Shown one piece after another: positions 39,127 to 48,604 of a stretch of 64,000 bases of DNA. The stretch's first letter is position 1. Each line of letters begins with the position of its first letter. Origin of the DNA: Candidatus Nealsonbacteria bacterium (GTDB taxonomy: Bacteria; Patescibacteriota; Minisyncoccia; Minisyncoccales; JAGMDC01); contig JAUWMZ010000001.1 in the NCBI GenBank assembly GCA_030612885.1, positions 83,193 to 147,192 of the forward strand. Reading direction: 5' to 3'. A model generated the notes under the pieces. The model was not told the DNA's origin. It made no database searches and worked only from the letters and a program-made list of their open reading frames with translations. The translations under genes were made by a program, and so were the position numbers.

Positions 39127-40679
39127 TCAATAGGAAACATCTGCACTAATCGTTGATTATCTACTGGGACATATCCAGTTATCCACGCTTCACCCTTGCG
39201 TGAATCAAGTATTATTTTGTCAAGGATACAATTTAGAAATTGTTGTTTTTGTTCAGGAGTTATAGATTCTAACCGTTGCATAACTAAACGAGAAAAATGT
39301 TTGACAGCCTCAATAAACATAGGTTTGCTAACTGCTTGTGTTAATTTACTTTCATTCTCTTTTATTTTATCTTCCAGTTCCTTTTCTATCTGAGTAAGTT
39401 CACTGATTTTCTTTAGAAATAATTCTTTAGGTATATTCCCCTCTGTATAAAGTTCTAATAGTTTATCTTTTTTATAATCTATTTTTTCTTTTTCTCTGGA
39501 CCAATCTTTTTCCTCTTTTTCTAATAACTTTTGATTTTCAATAACTTTTTTAGTTAAAAGTGAAATACCACTAATAAGTATTTTAGGATTTTTTACTGCG
39601 TTGCTGACAGCAGTCCATACGCTATTATCTAACTGATTAACCCTTACCATCTTTGCATTACAATCTTTAGGAAAGGGGAATTTTTTATGACGATTGTTGC
39701 ATCTGTAATACTGATGACTTCTGACAGTCTCGCCTGTAAAACTTGACCCACACAATTTACATTTTATAAGTCCACTTAGTAAATAGAAATGTTTTCTGTC
39801 AGCATACGGCTTATAATTTTTTGATAATAGTTTCTGAACAAATCTAAATTTCTCTTTAGATATTATAACAGGAAATTTAATAGGAATCCATTCGCTCCTA
39901 TCTCTTTTTCTCCTTCCAGTTTTTATTGTTCTTTTATATTTTTTTCCATTTTCAGTTTCCACGCTATAATTTTTACAATAATAACCTGTTCCAACACAAG
40001 ACTCATTTCTTAAAATCCTTCCTACTACACTATTGTTCCATTTTATTCCTCCTTTTCTAGGTTTAATACCCTTCAATGTTAATTCTTTAACAACCCTGCT
40101 CAAACTCTGAAATTTAATATAAAAGTCAAACATTAAAATTACAATTTCTGCTTCTTTCTTGTTAATTTTATAATAACCCTCTTTTTCTGGAGTTTTTTTA
40201 ATATAATCATAGCCAAATGGAGGAGTGCTTCCTACGATTCCTTTTTGTTTCGCCTTAAAAATTCTCCCCCTTCTGGTCCTTTCTAAAATCCTTTCTTTTT
40301 CGTATTCTGCTGTGGCACCAAGCACATTAAACATAAATCTTCCTTCTGGAGTGTCAGAGATTGGTTTATCACCTATAAAGATTTCTATGTTTGCTTTTTT
40401 AAACTCTTCAACTATAATCCCCTGCTGATAAAGGTTTCTGGATAACCGGTCCACCGAATGAACATATACGGCTTCAAATAAACCCTTTTTAACATCTCTC
40501 CTTAAACAATCTAAAGATGGTCTATCTAAACTCTCTCCAGAGTAGCCGTTATCTAAATATTCCTCAACAATTTCAAAATTCTTGCAGATTTCTCTTAATT
40601 CTGCTATTTGCGATTTAATTGTCTTTTGTTCTTCCTGTTTCTCGGTAGAAACACGACAATATAATGCTACTTTTTTCAT
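39039..40679 (-). CDS. Large serine recombinase (integrase)
   Basis: N-terminal resolvase domain (LYCRVSTEKQ, catalytic Ser; DRLSRN); recombinase domain; zinc ribbon CKLCGSSF...YYRCNN; C-terminal coiled coil. Confidence 0.85.
   Translation of the reverse strand: MKKVALYCRVSTEKQEEQKTIKSQIAELREICKNFEIVEEYLDNGYSGESLDRPSLDCLRRDVKKGLFEAVYVHSVDRLSRNLYQQGIIVEEFKKANIEIFIGDKPISDTPEGRFMFNVLGATAEYEKERILERTRRGRIFKAKQKGIVGSTPPFGYDYIKKTPEKEGYYKINKKEAEIVILMFDFYIKFQSLSRVVKELTLKGIKPRKGGIKWNNSVVGRILRNESCVGTGYYCKNYSVETENGKKYKRTIKTGRRKRDRSEWIPIKFPVIISKEKFRFVQKLLSKNYKPYADRKHFYLLSGLIKCKLCGSSFTGETVRSHQYYRCNNRHKKFPFPKDCNAKMVRVNQLDNSVWTAVSNAVKNPKILISGISLLTKKVIENQKLLEKEEKDWSREKEKIDYKKDKLLELYTEGNIPKELFLKKISELTQIEKELEDKIKENESKLTQAVSKPMFIEAVKHFSRLVMQRLESITPEQKQQFLNCILDKIILDSRKGEAWITGYVPVDNQRLVQMFPIEDGVLSPPLISSACLTKRLKSQKKELVQQ
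39098..39112. other. attL core of the comM-integrated element
   Basis: 13 of 14 nt shared with the far junction; a crossover here rebuilds ...VSFGLRS(F/L)NIVGLPD. Confidence 0.6.
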
Positions 40680-40805
40680 AGTTTTTCTAATTTAAGACCC
40701 CGCTAAGCTGTTGGGCTGTGCGGGGTCATAAAATAAATACCCAACAGCTTTAATTTTAGAATAATCAATTATAAAACAATGTCAAGGTGCTTATCTAAAA
40801 TAAGC

Positions 40806-40935
40806 GTTTTTCTTACACCTCCTACACTTTACTATTTTTTGAGTTCAAATAAGCGGTGTAAGTCTTCAATGTAAGGGTTTAGGGGTGTAAGTATGGTCTT
40901 ACACCATCAAACTCTTACACTGACGACTTACACTC
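40806..40935. repeat. Iteron-like array of TTACAC(C/T) repeats
   Basis: At least six copies of the 7-mer in both orientations between the Rep-like gene and the recombinase. Confidence 0.6.
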
Positions 40936-42372
40936 CTATTTGATAGGATTTTGTTCGGTATTTTGTTGATTTTCAGGTGTTAGTGTAGGAAGTGTAGGAG
41001 ATTCTGGAGTTTTGAAGTAGATATTATTTATTTTTACTACCTCCTGTTTTTTAAATAAATAACGAACACCATCTTTGCCTCTTGGTTTTTTCTCAGCAGA
41101 AAGATTTAGTTTTTTGATTACCCGACCAATTTTTGATGCTCTCTGGCGAGAATTATCTTTGACTAAAAATAATCCATCGGGCATTCTTTGACTAATACAT
41201 TTTGGAGACAGAATTATTTCCATTTTTTCGTTAAATTGGTTTAAGATACATCTTATTACACTTTCTTCAAATTCAGATGGCTCCCATTCTGAAAATCCAT
41301 AAAGTGCTTTAAATCTTTTTTTGACATTTCTAATTTCATTTTCTTTGCCACAAATCTTTAAAACAACCTGAAGAGGCAACCATAATTCCAGCTCCCTGCC
41401 TACCATAGTCTTTTTTTCTTTGTATTCTCTTTTACCTTGCTCATAAAAGAGCTTAACTAAATGAAAGTTATCAATTTGGATTTGATAAATTTTCCCTCTT
41501 TTTTCTTTCCATTTTTCGCTTTCTTCACCTGGTTCGTCAAAATTTTTTCCGCTTTTAAATAAAGGAATTACAATACATCTATCAATTAAATCTTCAGGCA
41601 ATTCTCCTACCGAAGCGAAAGCTTTAGGACTGTAGGTCTCAAATTCTAAAATTTCTCTTCCCTTATTTTTGTCAAAATTTATAATTCTTCTTTTGCCCCC
41701 GCTTTTTTTATATGAGTCAGTAAAAATATCTAGGAGTTCTTCACTTTCTTTTCTTTTAAGTGATTCCGCTTGGTCCATTATGTAGGTTGCCCGTAGTGAA
41801 TCCGCAGTATCACCTAAAGATGCCAAACTGGGTCTAGCTTTTATAGCATTAAAACAAACCTGTTTTAGAAAACTTAACAACTGGCTTTTTCCTGAACCCT
41901 TAGGACCTTTAACAAATAAAAAGGGATAAGCAGAAAAAATTGGAAAAAAATATGTGCCCAGAATCCACGCTGTAATTAACAGATAATCATCTTCATTTTT
42001 TAATTCGGTATATTTTTTTAACAGTTCTTTAATTCCATCAAATACTTCCCTTGCTTTTTTTAATGTAATTATTCCTCTTGTTTGGCAGGATTTTATAAAT
42101 TCATTCACTTCATTTATCCCCCACCTTTCCTCTATATGTGCAAGTTTTCTTCCCCGTTTTTCTATGTAGTATTCTTCTCCTTGATATTTAATAGTATCAT
42201 CTCTGAAAATCTCTGGTATTTCACCCTCTTTCACAATTAAAAAAAAGTTTTCTTCTTCCTTATTTTTTGAGATAAACCGAAATCCCAGAATCAAAATATC
42301 GTTTTTAATATCTAATGAAGGGTGAAGAAACATACCTTCAAATCCTTCAATTTTATTTGTTTGATTTTCCAT
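40936..42372 (-). CDS. P-loop NTPase, putative replication or primase-helicase-like protein of the element
   Basis: Walker A FVKGPKGSGKSQLL, Walker B-like YIMDQAE; sits next to the iterons; family not resolved. Confidence 0.4.
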   Translation of the reverse strand: MENQTNKIEGFEGMFLHPSLDIKNDILILGFRFISKNKEEENFFLIVKEGEIPEIFRDDTIKYQGEEYYIEKRGRKLAHIEERWGINEVNEFIKSCQTRGIITLKKAREVFDGIKELLKKYTELKNEDDYLLITAWILGTYFFPIFSAYPFLFVKGPKGSGKSQLLSFLKQVCFNAIKARPSLASLGDTADSLRATYIMDQAESLKRKESEELLDIFTDSYKKSGGKRRIINFDKNKGREILEFETYSPKAFASVGELPEDLIDRCIVIPLFKSGKNFDEPGEESEKWKEKRGKIYQIQIDNFHLVKLFYEQGKREYKEKKTMVGRELELWLPLQVVLKICGKENEIRNVKKRFKALYGFSEWEPSEFEESVIRCILNQFNEKMEIILSPKCISQRMPDGLFLVKDNSRQRASKIGRVIKKLNLSAEKKPRGKDGVRYLFKKQEVVKINNIYFKTPESPTLPTLTPENQQNTEQNPIK

Positions 42373-42586
42373 TTTTTTTAATCTCCTTTGGTTTTAATTT
42401 CTCAAAATACTCTAAAATTTCTTTTGAGGAAATTAAAGTCTCAAAAGCTTTAAATAAGTGAAACTCCCCATCGTGTGTTGGATTGAAATTAAGATAAATT
42501 TTAAGATTTTCATCTTTCTTTTGATACATACTTCTTTTAATCAAAAATCCGCTATTCGCTTGGCAGGCTCCACCATTTTTTGGCAC
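42353..42586 (-). CDS. Small hypothetical protein
   Basis: ORF only. Confidence 0.25.
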   Translation of the reverse strand: MPKNGGACQANSGFLIKRSMYQKKDENLKIYLNFNPTHDGEFHLFKAFETLISSKEILEYFEKLKPKEIKKNGKSNK

Positions 42587-42912
42587 CCGCCCAGCGGATA
42601 ACGGACTTGGGACTTATGGTGGAAATTGTGCCAGCGTTGGAAAATAAAAAATGGAAGTATTTTTACTCCCATTTTTCTTTAATTTCTAAAGAAAAAAGGG
42701 CTAAAAAATAAAAAACAAAAAATCTAAACAGAAATACTAACGCTTCCTATTTATTTATGTGTTTTTTATTCTTTAGCCCTTTGTAGAAACTTACATCGGA
42801 CTAAGGTCTTTTGCGACCTTTTACAAAAGACCTTTAAAAAAATGTATTTTTTTTATAACGAACTCAATTTTAGTTTAGCAAATAATAAAGATATGTCAAG
42901 CCCTCCCCTTTT

Positions 42913-43093
42913 TTAGGTTCTACATTTTTTCAAAAAATCAATCAAACCTTTCTCTGAAATACGATAGGCTTTACGGCTTATCTTTACTGCTTTTAGCTTA
43001 CCCGATTCTATTAAGCGATAAATAGTCCGCTCACTAACTCTTAACTTTTCAGATACCTCTTTTACAGTAAAAAAGTGATTTACTTTATCCATT
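42913..43093 (-). CDS. xis: Excisionase/AlpA-type HTH protein (59 aa; not in the ORF track)
   Basis: My own translation MDKVNHFFTVKEVSEKLRVSERTIYRLIESGKLKAVKISRKAYRISEKGLIDFLKKCRT; a hairpin lies downstream at about 42802-42835. Confidence 0.6.
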
Positions 43094-43293
43094 ATCTTAT
43101 AATAAAGTTTTCTTGATAAATGTCAAATTAGTCGTATGGCAAAATAGTTGTCTATTGACAAATCTTTTAGGAGCCATAGAATGAAGATGTTAGGAATAGA
43201 GGTTTAGAGAAGTTTTTTAGTTTGGTATAATTATAAAGGAGTTAGAAACCGCTATTCCTAACAAATAGCTTCTCTTTCTAACTCCTTTTTTGT

Positions 43294-44232
43294 ATGAAAA
43301 TAAAGATGAAAAATTATATTGTCTATCAAAGAGTTTCCACTAAAGAGCAAGCAAAGGAAGGGATTTCATTAGAGGCAATGTTTAATTCCTGTATTAGGTA
43401 TATCAAAAACCAAGACAATGGAAGATTAGTTAAGGTTTATGAAGATGGAGGAATTTCAGGAGGTAGTATTAGTAAAAGACCAGCATTAAAAGAGTTGATA
43501 AAAGACATTGAGACGCAACGCTTATCCATTGATATAGTTTTAGTTTGGAATTTAGATAGGTTGAGTAGGAGCCGTAAGGACCTAGATTTCCTAAAGGATT
43601 TTTTTGACAAAAAGAAGATAGAACTCTATTCTGTTTCCGATGGAAAGATTGACACTTCAACTGCTTCTGGAAATCTTACTTTCGGCATAAAGGGAGTTGT
43701 CTCACAATATTATCGTGATGATATTGCAGAAAAAACTCATAACGCTTTATACAATAAAGCAACTAATGGAGAATTTAACGGGGGAATGCCTCCTTTTGGT
43801 TATTTACTTAATGAGAAAAATAAATATGTAATTGATGGAGAAAAATCCGAAATTATAAAATATATTTATCAAAGATTTCTTAAATTAAAATCCTTTTGTA
43901 AATTAGCGAAGGAATTAAGTGAAAAAGGAAAATTGTCTCCAAAAGGAAGAAAGTGGTCCGATGTTCAGATAAAAAGAATTCTAACTCATCCCGTTTATAG
44001 AGGGGCTTATTCTTGGAATAGGACCGGAAAAAGAAAAATAAATGAAGAGAATTTGATTATAAGAGAAAATTCTCATCCAGCAATTATTAGTAAAGAATTA
44101 TGGGATAAGGTCCAAAAAATCATCTCTTCTAAAAGTTCAACTAAAATACAAAAACAAGAAAAGGATTATATTGTAGAAACCCCGTTATTTACCGATGGAA
44201 ATAGGAATAGAGAATTAAAATATAAAATTTAA
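43294..44232 (+). CDS. Serine recombinase with resolvase and recombinase domains, C-terminally short
   Basis: YQRVSTKEQ catalytic Ser and DRLSRS; recombinase-domain motifs GMPPFGY...HPVYRGAY; no zinc ribbon or coiled coil. Confidence 0.7.
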   Translation: MKIKMKNYIVYQRVSTKEQAKEGISLEAMFNSCIRYIKNQDNGRLVKVYEDGGISGGSISKRPALKELIKDIETQRLSIDIVLVWNLDRLSRSRKDLDFLKDFFDKKKIELYSVSDGKIDTSTASGNLTFGIKGVVSQYYRDDIAEKTHNALYNKATNGEFNGGMPPFGYLLNEKNKYVIDGEKSEIIKYIYQRFLKLKSFCKLAKELSEKGKLSPKGRKWSDVQIKRILTHPVYRGAYSWNRTGKRKINEENLIIRENSHPAIISKELWDKVQKIISSKSSTKIQKQEKDYIVETPLFTDGNRNRELKYKI

Positions 44233-44460
44233 TATTTACTTTCTTTTCCAGTGGGGCTATTATTAAGTTAGAACAATTAAATATTCAAATTGCCTAAGTC
44301 CTTGTTTTAGGATATGGCATAAAAACCCGTCTAAGGTATCAAGCTCCTCGTCAGAGCACCTTAGACGGGTTATATCCCGAAAGGGGTATAGGTAGCGAAA
44401 GCTATCGCTGGCGGGGAGCTTTGTATTTTCAACCAGCGAATAAGACATCAATAAAAAATT

Positions 44461-44919
44461 ATGTTAGAAGAATTAAAAATAGGAATTAAAGAATTTTTAT
44501 CTCCCAAAGTTTCTATAAAGAGAATAATAAGAGATACTATAAAATACGGCATTACTCTTTTGATTTTATTTGGACTAGGATGGGCAATCGGTTTTTTATT
44601 GAGTGCTATTTTGGGATTACTTTTTATGTTCTCTTTTGACCGAATTTGTAAATATAAATGGAAACAAATATTCCAAGAGAAGAAAAAGAGAACAATCCTA
44701 TTAGTTATTTCTTTTATTATAGTAATTTTGGTAATAGATATGATTGATTATCAACATCAAAAAAATCAAGAGATTAGAGATTTTTGCACAAAAGCGTATA
44801 TTATACAAGGAAGAGACAGAATTAAGTTTTTTAATTCAGTAAATGAATGTATAGATATTGTAAAAAGAGCAGGAGGAATAAAGGGCTTTCAACAGCTTTT
44901 AAAAGAAAGTTATAAGTGA
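44461..44919 (+). CDS. Membrane protein
   Basis: Two or three hydrophobic helices. Confidence 0.35.
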   Translation: MLEELKIGIKEFLSPKVSIKRIIRDTIKYGITLLILFGLGWAIGFLLSAILGLLFMFSFDRICKYKWKQIFQEKKKRTILLVISFIIVILVIDMIDYQHQKNQEIRDFCTKAYIIQGRDRIKFFNSVNECIDIVKRAGGIKGFQQLLKESYK

Positions 44920-44959
44920 AGTTATAAAAAAATAACAAACGAAGTAGTTAATAATAATT

Positions 44960-46192
44960 ATGCATAAGCAACAATCTAATGAGAAAGGGATTTCTGGATT
45001 ACAAATATTGGTAATTTTTTGTTTTTTATTTTTATTGTTTTTGATTTTCTCTCCATCAAAAACTCCTGAAGAATATCCTGGAAGTCAACAAGAGCAACAA
45101 CAAGTTATAAAATATACAGCGGTCAGTCTTAATTTTCGCTCAGTTGATAATATCAATAAAGTCCTTCGTGTCCTTGATAAAGGAACTCCAGTTATAATAG
45201 TTGAAGAAGGAGGAAAATGGACTTTAGTAGAAGTAGATGAACAACAAGGTTATGTAGCAACAAGATATTTAGCATCTGAAAAGATTGTGGAAGAAGAAAA
45301 AGAAGTGGTTTATTCTCCTCCACCAACAAATTCAAGAGTTGAGGAATTAGAACAGAAAGTTGAGGAATTAGAGAAAAAACAACAAGAAGCTCAAGAAAAG
45401 ATGAAGAAAGAAAAAGAAGAATTGGAAAGACAAACTCAAGCACTTAAAGAACAATTACAACAACAACCTCAAGGAATTTATAAAACTTCAGAACTTGTAG
45501 AAGGATTAAGTGAATTGATAGTCGCAATAGGTTGTTTTGATTATTCTGGAGACATTATGACTGGTTCAGGAGTTGTAATTGGTAAGGGTAAAGCATTGAG
45601 TTCTGATAGAGTAAGCACTGCGATTTTAACTAATTATCACATTATCAAGAATGCTGATATGACGCTTGAGCATCCTTGTGCGGTAGGATACTCTCCTAAC
45701 CCCACTAAAGGGCTTACTGATTTTTATTTTGCTAACCCAGTTTATTATCCTAGTATAATATCTGACTCTGAAATGGAATTGATAGATTTTTACTTTCTTA
45801 GCATAGAAGAAAAACTTAGAATACCTGAATACGGAGATATTGAAATAATTCCTAATGCTTCTTTAGAGATTACCGAATATGTCCCTATTATTTGTGAAGA
45901 AGATAAAATAAAGGTAGGAGAAGAAATGATTGTTCTCGGTTATCCTTCTATCGGAGGAGATTATTTAACTGCCACAGAGGGAATAATTAGCGGATACGAA
46001 GGAAAGCATTACCTTACTACCTCAGCAAAAATAGAACATGGAAATTCTGGAGGAGGTGCGTTTCTGAAATCATCTGGCTGCCTTACTGGAATGCCTACCT
46101 TTGTAAGGTTAGGTGAGATGGAAAGTTTTGCTCGGTTAATAAATATGCCTGTGCTTGCACGAGATTATCTTTCAAAAATTTGGGATTACTAA
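44960..46192 (+). CDS. Secreted SH3b-domain protein with a C-terminal trypsin-like serine protease domain
   Basis: Signal or TM; SH3_3-like YTAVSLNFRSVDNINKVLRVLDKGTPVIIVEEGGKWTLVEVD...GYVATRYL; protease TNYHII (His), GNSGGGAF (Ser). Confidence 0.6.
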   Translation: MHKQQSNEKGISGLQILVIFCFLFLLFLIFSPSKTPEEYPGSQQEQQQVIKYTAVSLNFRSVDNINKVLRVLDKGTPVIIVEEGGKWTLVEVDEQQGYVATRYLASEKIVEEEKEVVYSPPPTNSRVEELEQKVEELEKKQQEAQEKMKKEKEELERQTQALKEQLQQQPQGIYKTSELVEGLSELIVAIGCFDYSGDIMTGSGVVIGKGKALSSDRVSTAILTNYHIIKNADMTLEHPCAVGYSPNPTKGLTDFYFANPVYYPSIISDSEMELIDFYFLSIEEKLRIPEYGDIEIIPNASLEITEYVPIICEEDKIKVGEEMIVLGYPSIGGDYLTATEGIISGYEGKHYLTTSAKIEHGNSGGGAFLKSSGCLTGMPTFVRLGEMESFARLINMPVLARDYLSKIWDY

Positions 46193-46218
46193 ACTAAAAA
46201 GAAATGATTATTCTTTCT

Positions 46219-46689
46219 TTAATTAGCTAATTTAACTTCCTTTTTGCTTTGTTCAATCCTTAATTTTGCTTTTCTTAATTCCTCTTCTTCCTCTTTAGAC
46301 AAAGATAACTCAAGGGTTTGCTTCTCAATCACTTCCCTTCCTTCTGTGGCTTTAATTTTATCCATCATTGTGGCTACAATATTTGAAGCTCCTTGCGGAC
46401 TAGCTTTATGTTTTTTTAATCCTTTAATAACTTCCTCTTGCCCTAAACGAATAATTCTCCAGGCATTTTCAACGAATTCCTTTTGTCTCCATTTTCTTAA
46501 TTTATTAAACTCATCAGGACTTATTGCTTTTTGATATTCAATAATGTCCTTAATATCTTGAACATTTATTTTTCTTTGTTTAGAAATCTCTTCCTCTGAA
46601 AAACCAACCATCCAATCAGTTAGGACATCTTCACGGGTTTTTATTCTAAAAATACTTCCCCTTCCAAATTTTTTACTTGGTCTTGGCAT
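46219..46689 (-). CDS. Hypothetical basic protein
   Basis: ORF; possible HTH near the N-terminus; no family assigned. Confidence 0.3.
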   Translation of the reverse strand: MPRPSKKFGRGSIFRIKTREDVLTDWMVGFSEEEISKQRKINVQDIKDIIEYQKAISPDEFNKLRKWRQKEFVENAWRIIRLGQEEVIKGLKKHKASPQGASNIVATMMDKIKATEGREVIEKQTLELSLSKEEEEELRKAKLRIEQSKKEVKLAN

Positions 46690-47663
46690 AGAAATAAAAA
46701 ATCCAAACCCGAACTATCAGATTTGGACTACTGACTTTAAAATTAAATCTTTAAAGTTATTTAAATGAAAAATTTTTCTCACGCATTTACCTCCTTTAGT
46801 TAAAAATTAAAACATTTGCTCTTTAATTATTACTGATTTTCTTTATTTATAGAGCTTATTATTTTATTATCATTGAAATAAAAGAAAGAGTCAACCTCTA
46901 AACTCTTATTTATGAATCTGAGAGATAGAGAAGGGAGAGAGGTATTAACTCATCACAGGTCCTCTATTAAAAAATACCATTTTCACACTTGCTCCCGATT
47001 AAAAATGACAAGATTAGCGTTTTTATACTTAAAATTGCTTAAAAAGGGAGCAATTTTTATTAGATTGGTCCACTTTATCCAACTAACGAGTTCTCGGTTG
47101 TTGGAGAAATACTTAAAATTATCTTATTTTTTATCTTTTTCGTATGTTTTTTATGAATCTGGGGGAAGGAAGGCAGGAGAATAATGCATTTTCAAACCCT
47201 AAACTTTTTTATTTTTAATTGTTTTATCATAAAAAATCTGTTTAAAAATAGTTTTTAATATATCAATACATAAAATAAAAAGATAGATTAAAACATAAGA
47301 AATAGACAAAAATAGATTTTTTTTATACTATTTTTAATTTAGTAAAAAAGCGATTAAAGTTAATAAGTTATATTTTGTTAAGGAATTTTAAAATACTCTT
47401 TTTATGTTTAAAAGAATGAAAAATCAATGAAAAACAGCAATCGCCTATTGAAAAAGATATATCCATTTGATATGCTAAAGATAATAAAGATGCATCAAAA
47501 TTACCTAAAAAGCTTAAAACTGTTTTAAAACTGTTTTTGAACTCCTTTTTATCGTCTCCGGTCCTGGACCGGGAATGTCAAAGGAGATTAAACCCCATTA
47601 AAGGGTAAGGAATTATGACTAAAAAACAAAAAAGGTCGGCTAATTTTTAAGTATTGAAAATTT

Positions 47664-48077
47664 ATGAACATATTAAATTTTATAAAATCTAACAAAAAAG
47701 AAATAGTAATCGCTTTTAGTTTCTTAATAGTGGGGATAATTATTTCTCCTACTCCTGTAGAAATTGTAGAAAAACCAGTAATAAAAGAAGTAAAGAAAAT
47801 AGAGTATTCTGAAACTTGTGAAAAGATACAAATAGAAAATGGGAAACTGAAAAGACAAAATAATATTCAAAGACAAGTTATGGATTTAGATGATGAAATC
47901 ATTTATTTAGGTAGTCAAGGAATGGGATATTGCTCTCAAATGCTTGTTGCGGCTTCAGAATTTGATTACAATAAGTTAAATTATTTAACAGATAAAGTAG
48001 AATTATTAACCCCCCAGATGTCAGAGGCAGGAAATAAAAAACTCAAATTATTAGAGCAATTAGAAAATATAAAATAA
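47664..48077 (+). CDS. Small membrane-anchored hypothetical protein
   Basis: N-terminal TM. Confidence 0.35.
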   Translation: MNILNFIKSNKKEIVIAFSFLIVGIIISPTPVEIVEKPVIKEVKKIEYSETCEKIQIENGKLKRQNNIQRQVMDLDDEIIYLGSQGMGYCSQMLVAASEFDYNKLNYLTDKVELLTPQMSEAGNKKLKLLEQLENIK

Positions 48078-48180
48078 AAATAAGGAGGGTGATGATATGA
48101 TAGTTATACTAATGAAGCTAATTTCAACGAATAAGCTTTTTTAGGATAGAGGGTCGGCTTCCTCGTCTTAAAGAGAAAAA

Positions 48181-48591
48181 ATGAGAATTGATTTTGACAA
48201 ATTAACAAAAGGAGTTTTAGTATTTTCACTTTTATTGATAGCTTTTTCTATTTGCTATTACTATGTTATTTTTTTACCCCAAAAAGAAGGAGCGAGATTA
48301 GAGCAACAAAGACAAGAACAGTTAGCAAAAGAGGAACGAGAACGGCAGGCATTAGAACAAGAACATAAGGAGTATGTAGGTAAAAGAAAAAAAGATTGTT
48401 ATAGCATATACGAAAAAGAAAGAGATAAATGGAATAATGTAGATGAGGGCTGGTATGATGAGGAGAAAGATGTTTGTAAAGTTAGATATACAACTGATAA
48501 ATATAAAGGGGTGGATTGTGGGAAAGAATATGAGGGGCTACCAAGTTTAATGTTGGAGTGCATGATGGGAGTATTCATAAAAGAGTATTAA
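48181..48591 (+). CDS. Small membrane-anchored hypothetical protein with a coiled coil
   Basis: N-terminal TM; Q/E-rich helix. Confidence 0.35.
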   Translation: MRIDFDKLTKGVLVFSLLLIAFSICYYYVIFLPQKEGARLEQQRQEQLAKEERERQALEQEHKEYVGKRKKDCYSIYEKERDKWNNVDEGWYDEEKDVCKVRYTTDKYKGVDCGKEYEGLPSLMLECMMGVFIKEY

Positions 48592-48604
48592 ATCATCAAT
48601 AACA

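Noticed and set aside
38660-39133. 157-aa plus-strand ORF
   Set aside because: It lies antisense to the comM N-terminal coding region, which translates to a recognisable ComM domain on the minus strand.
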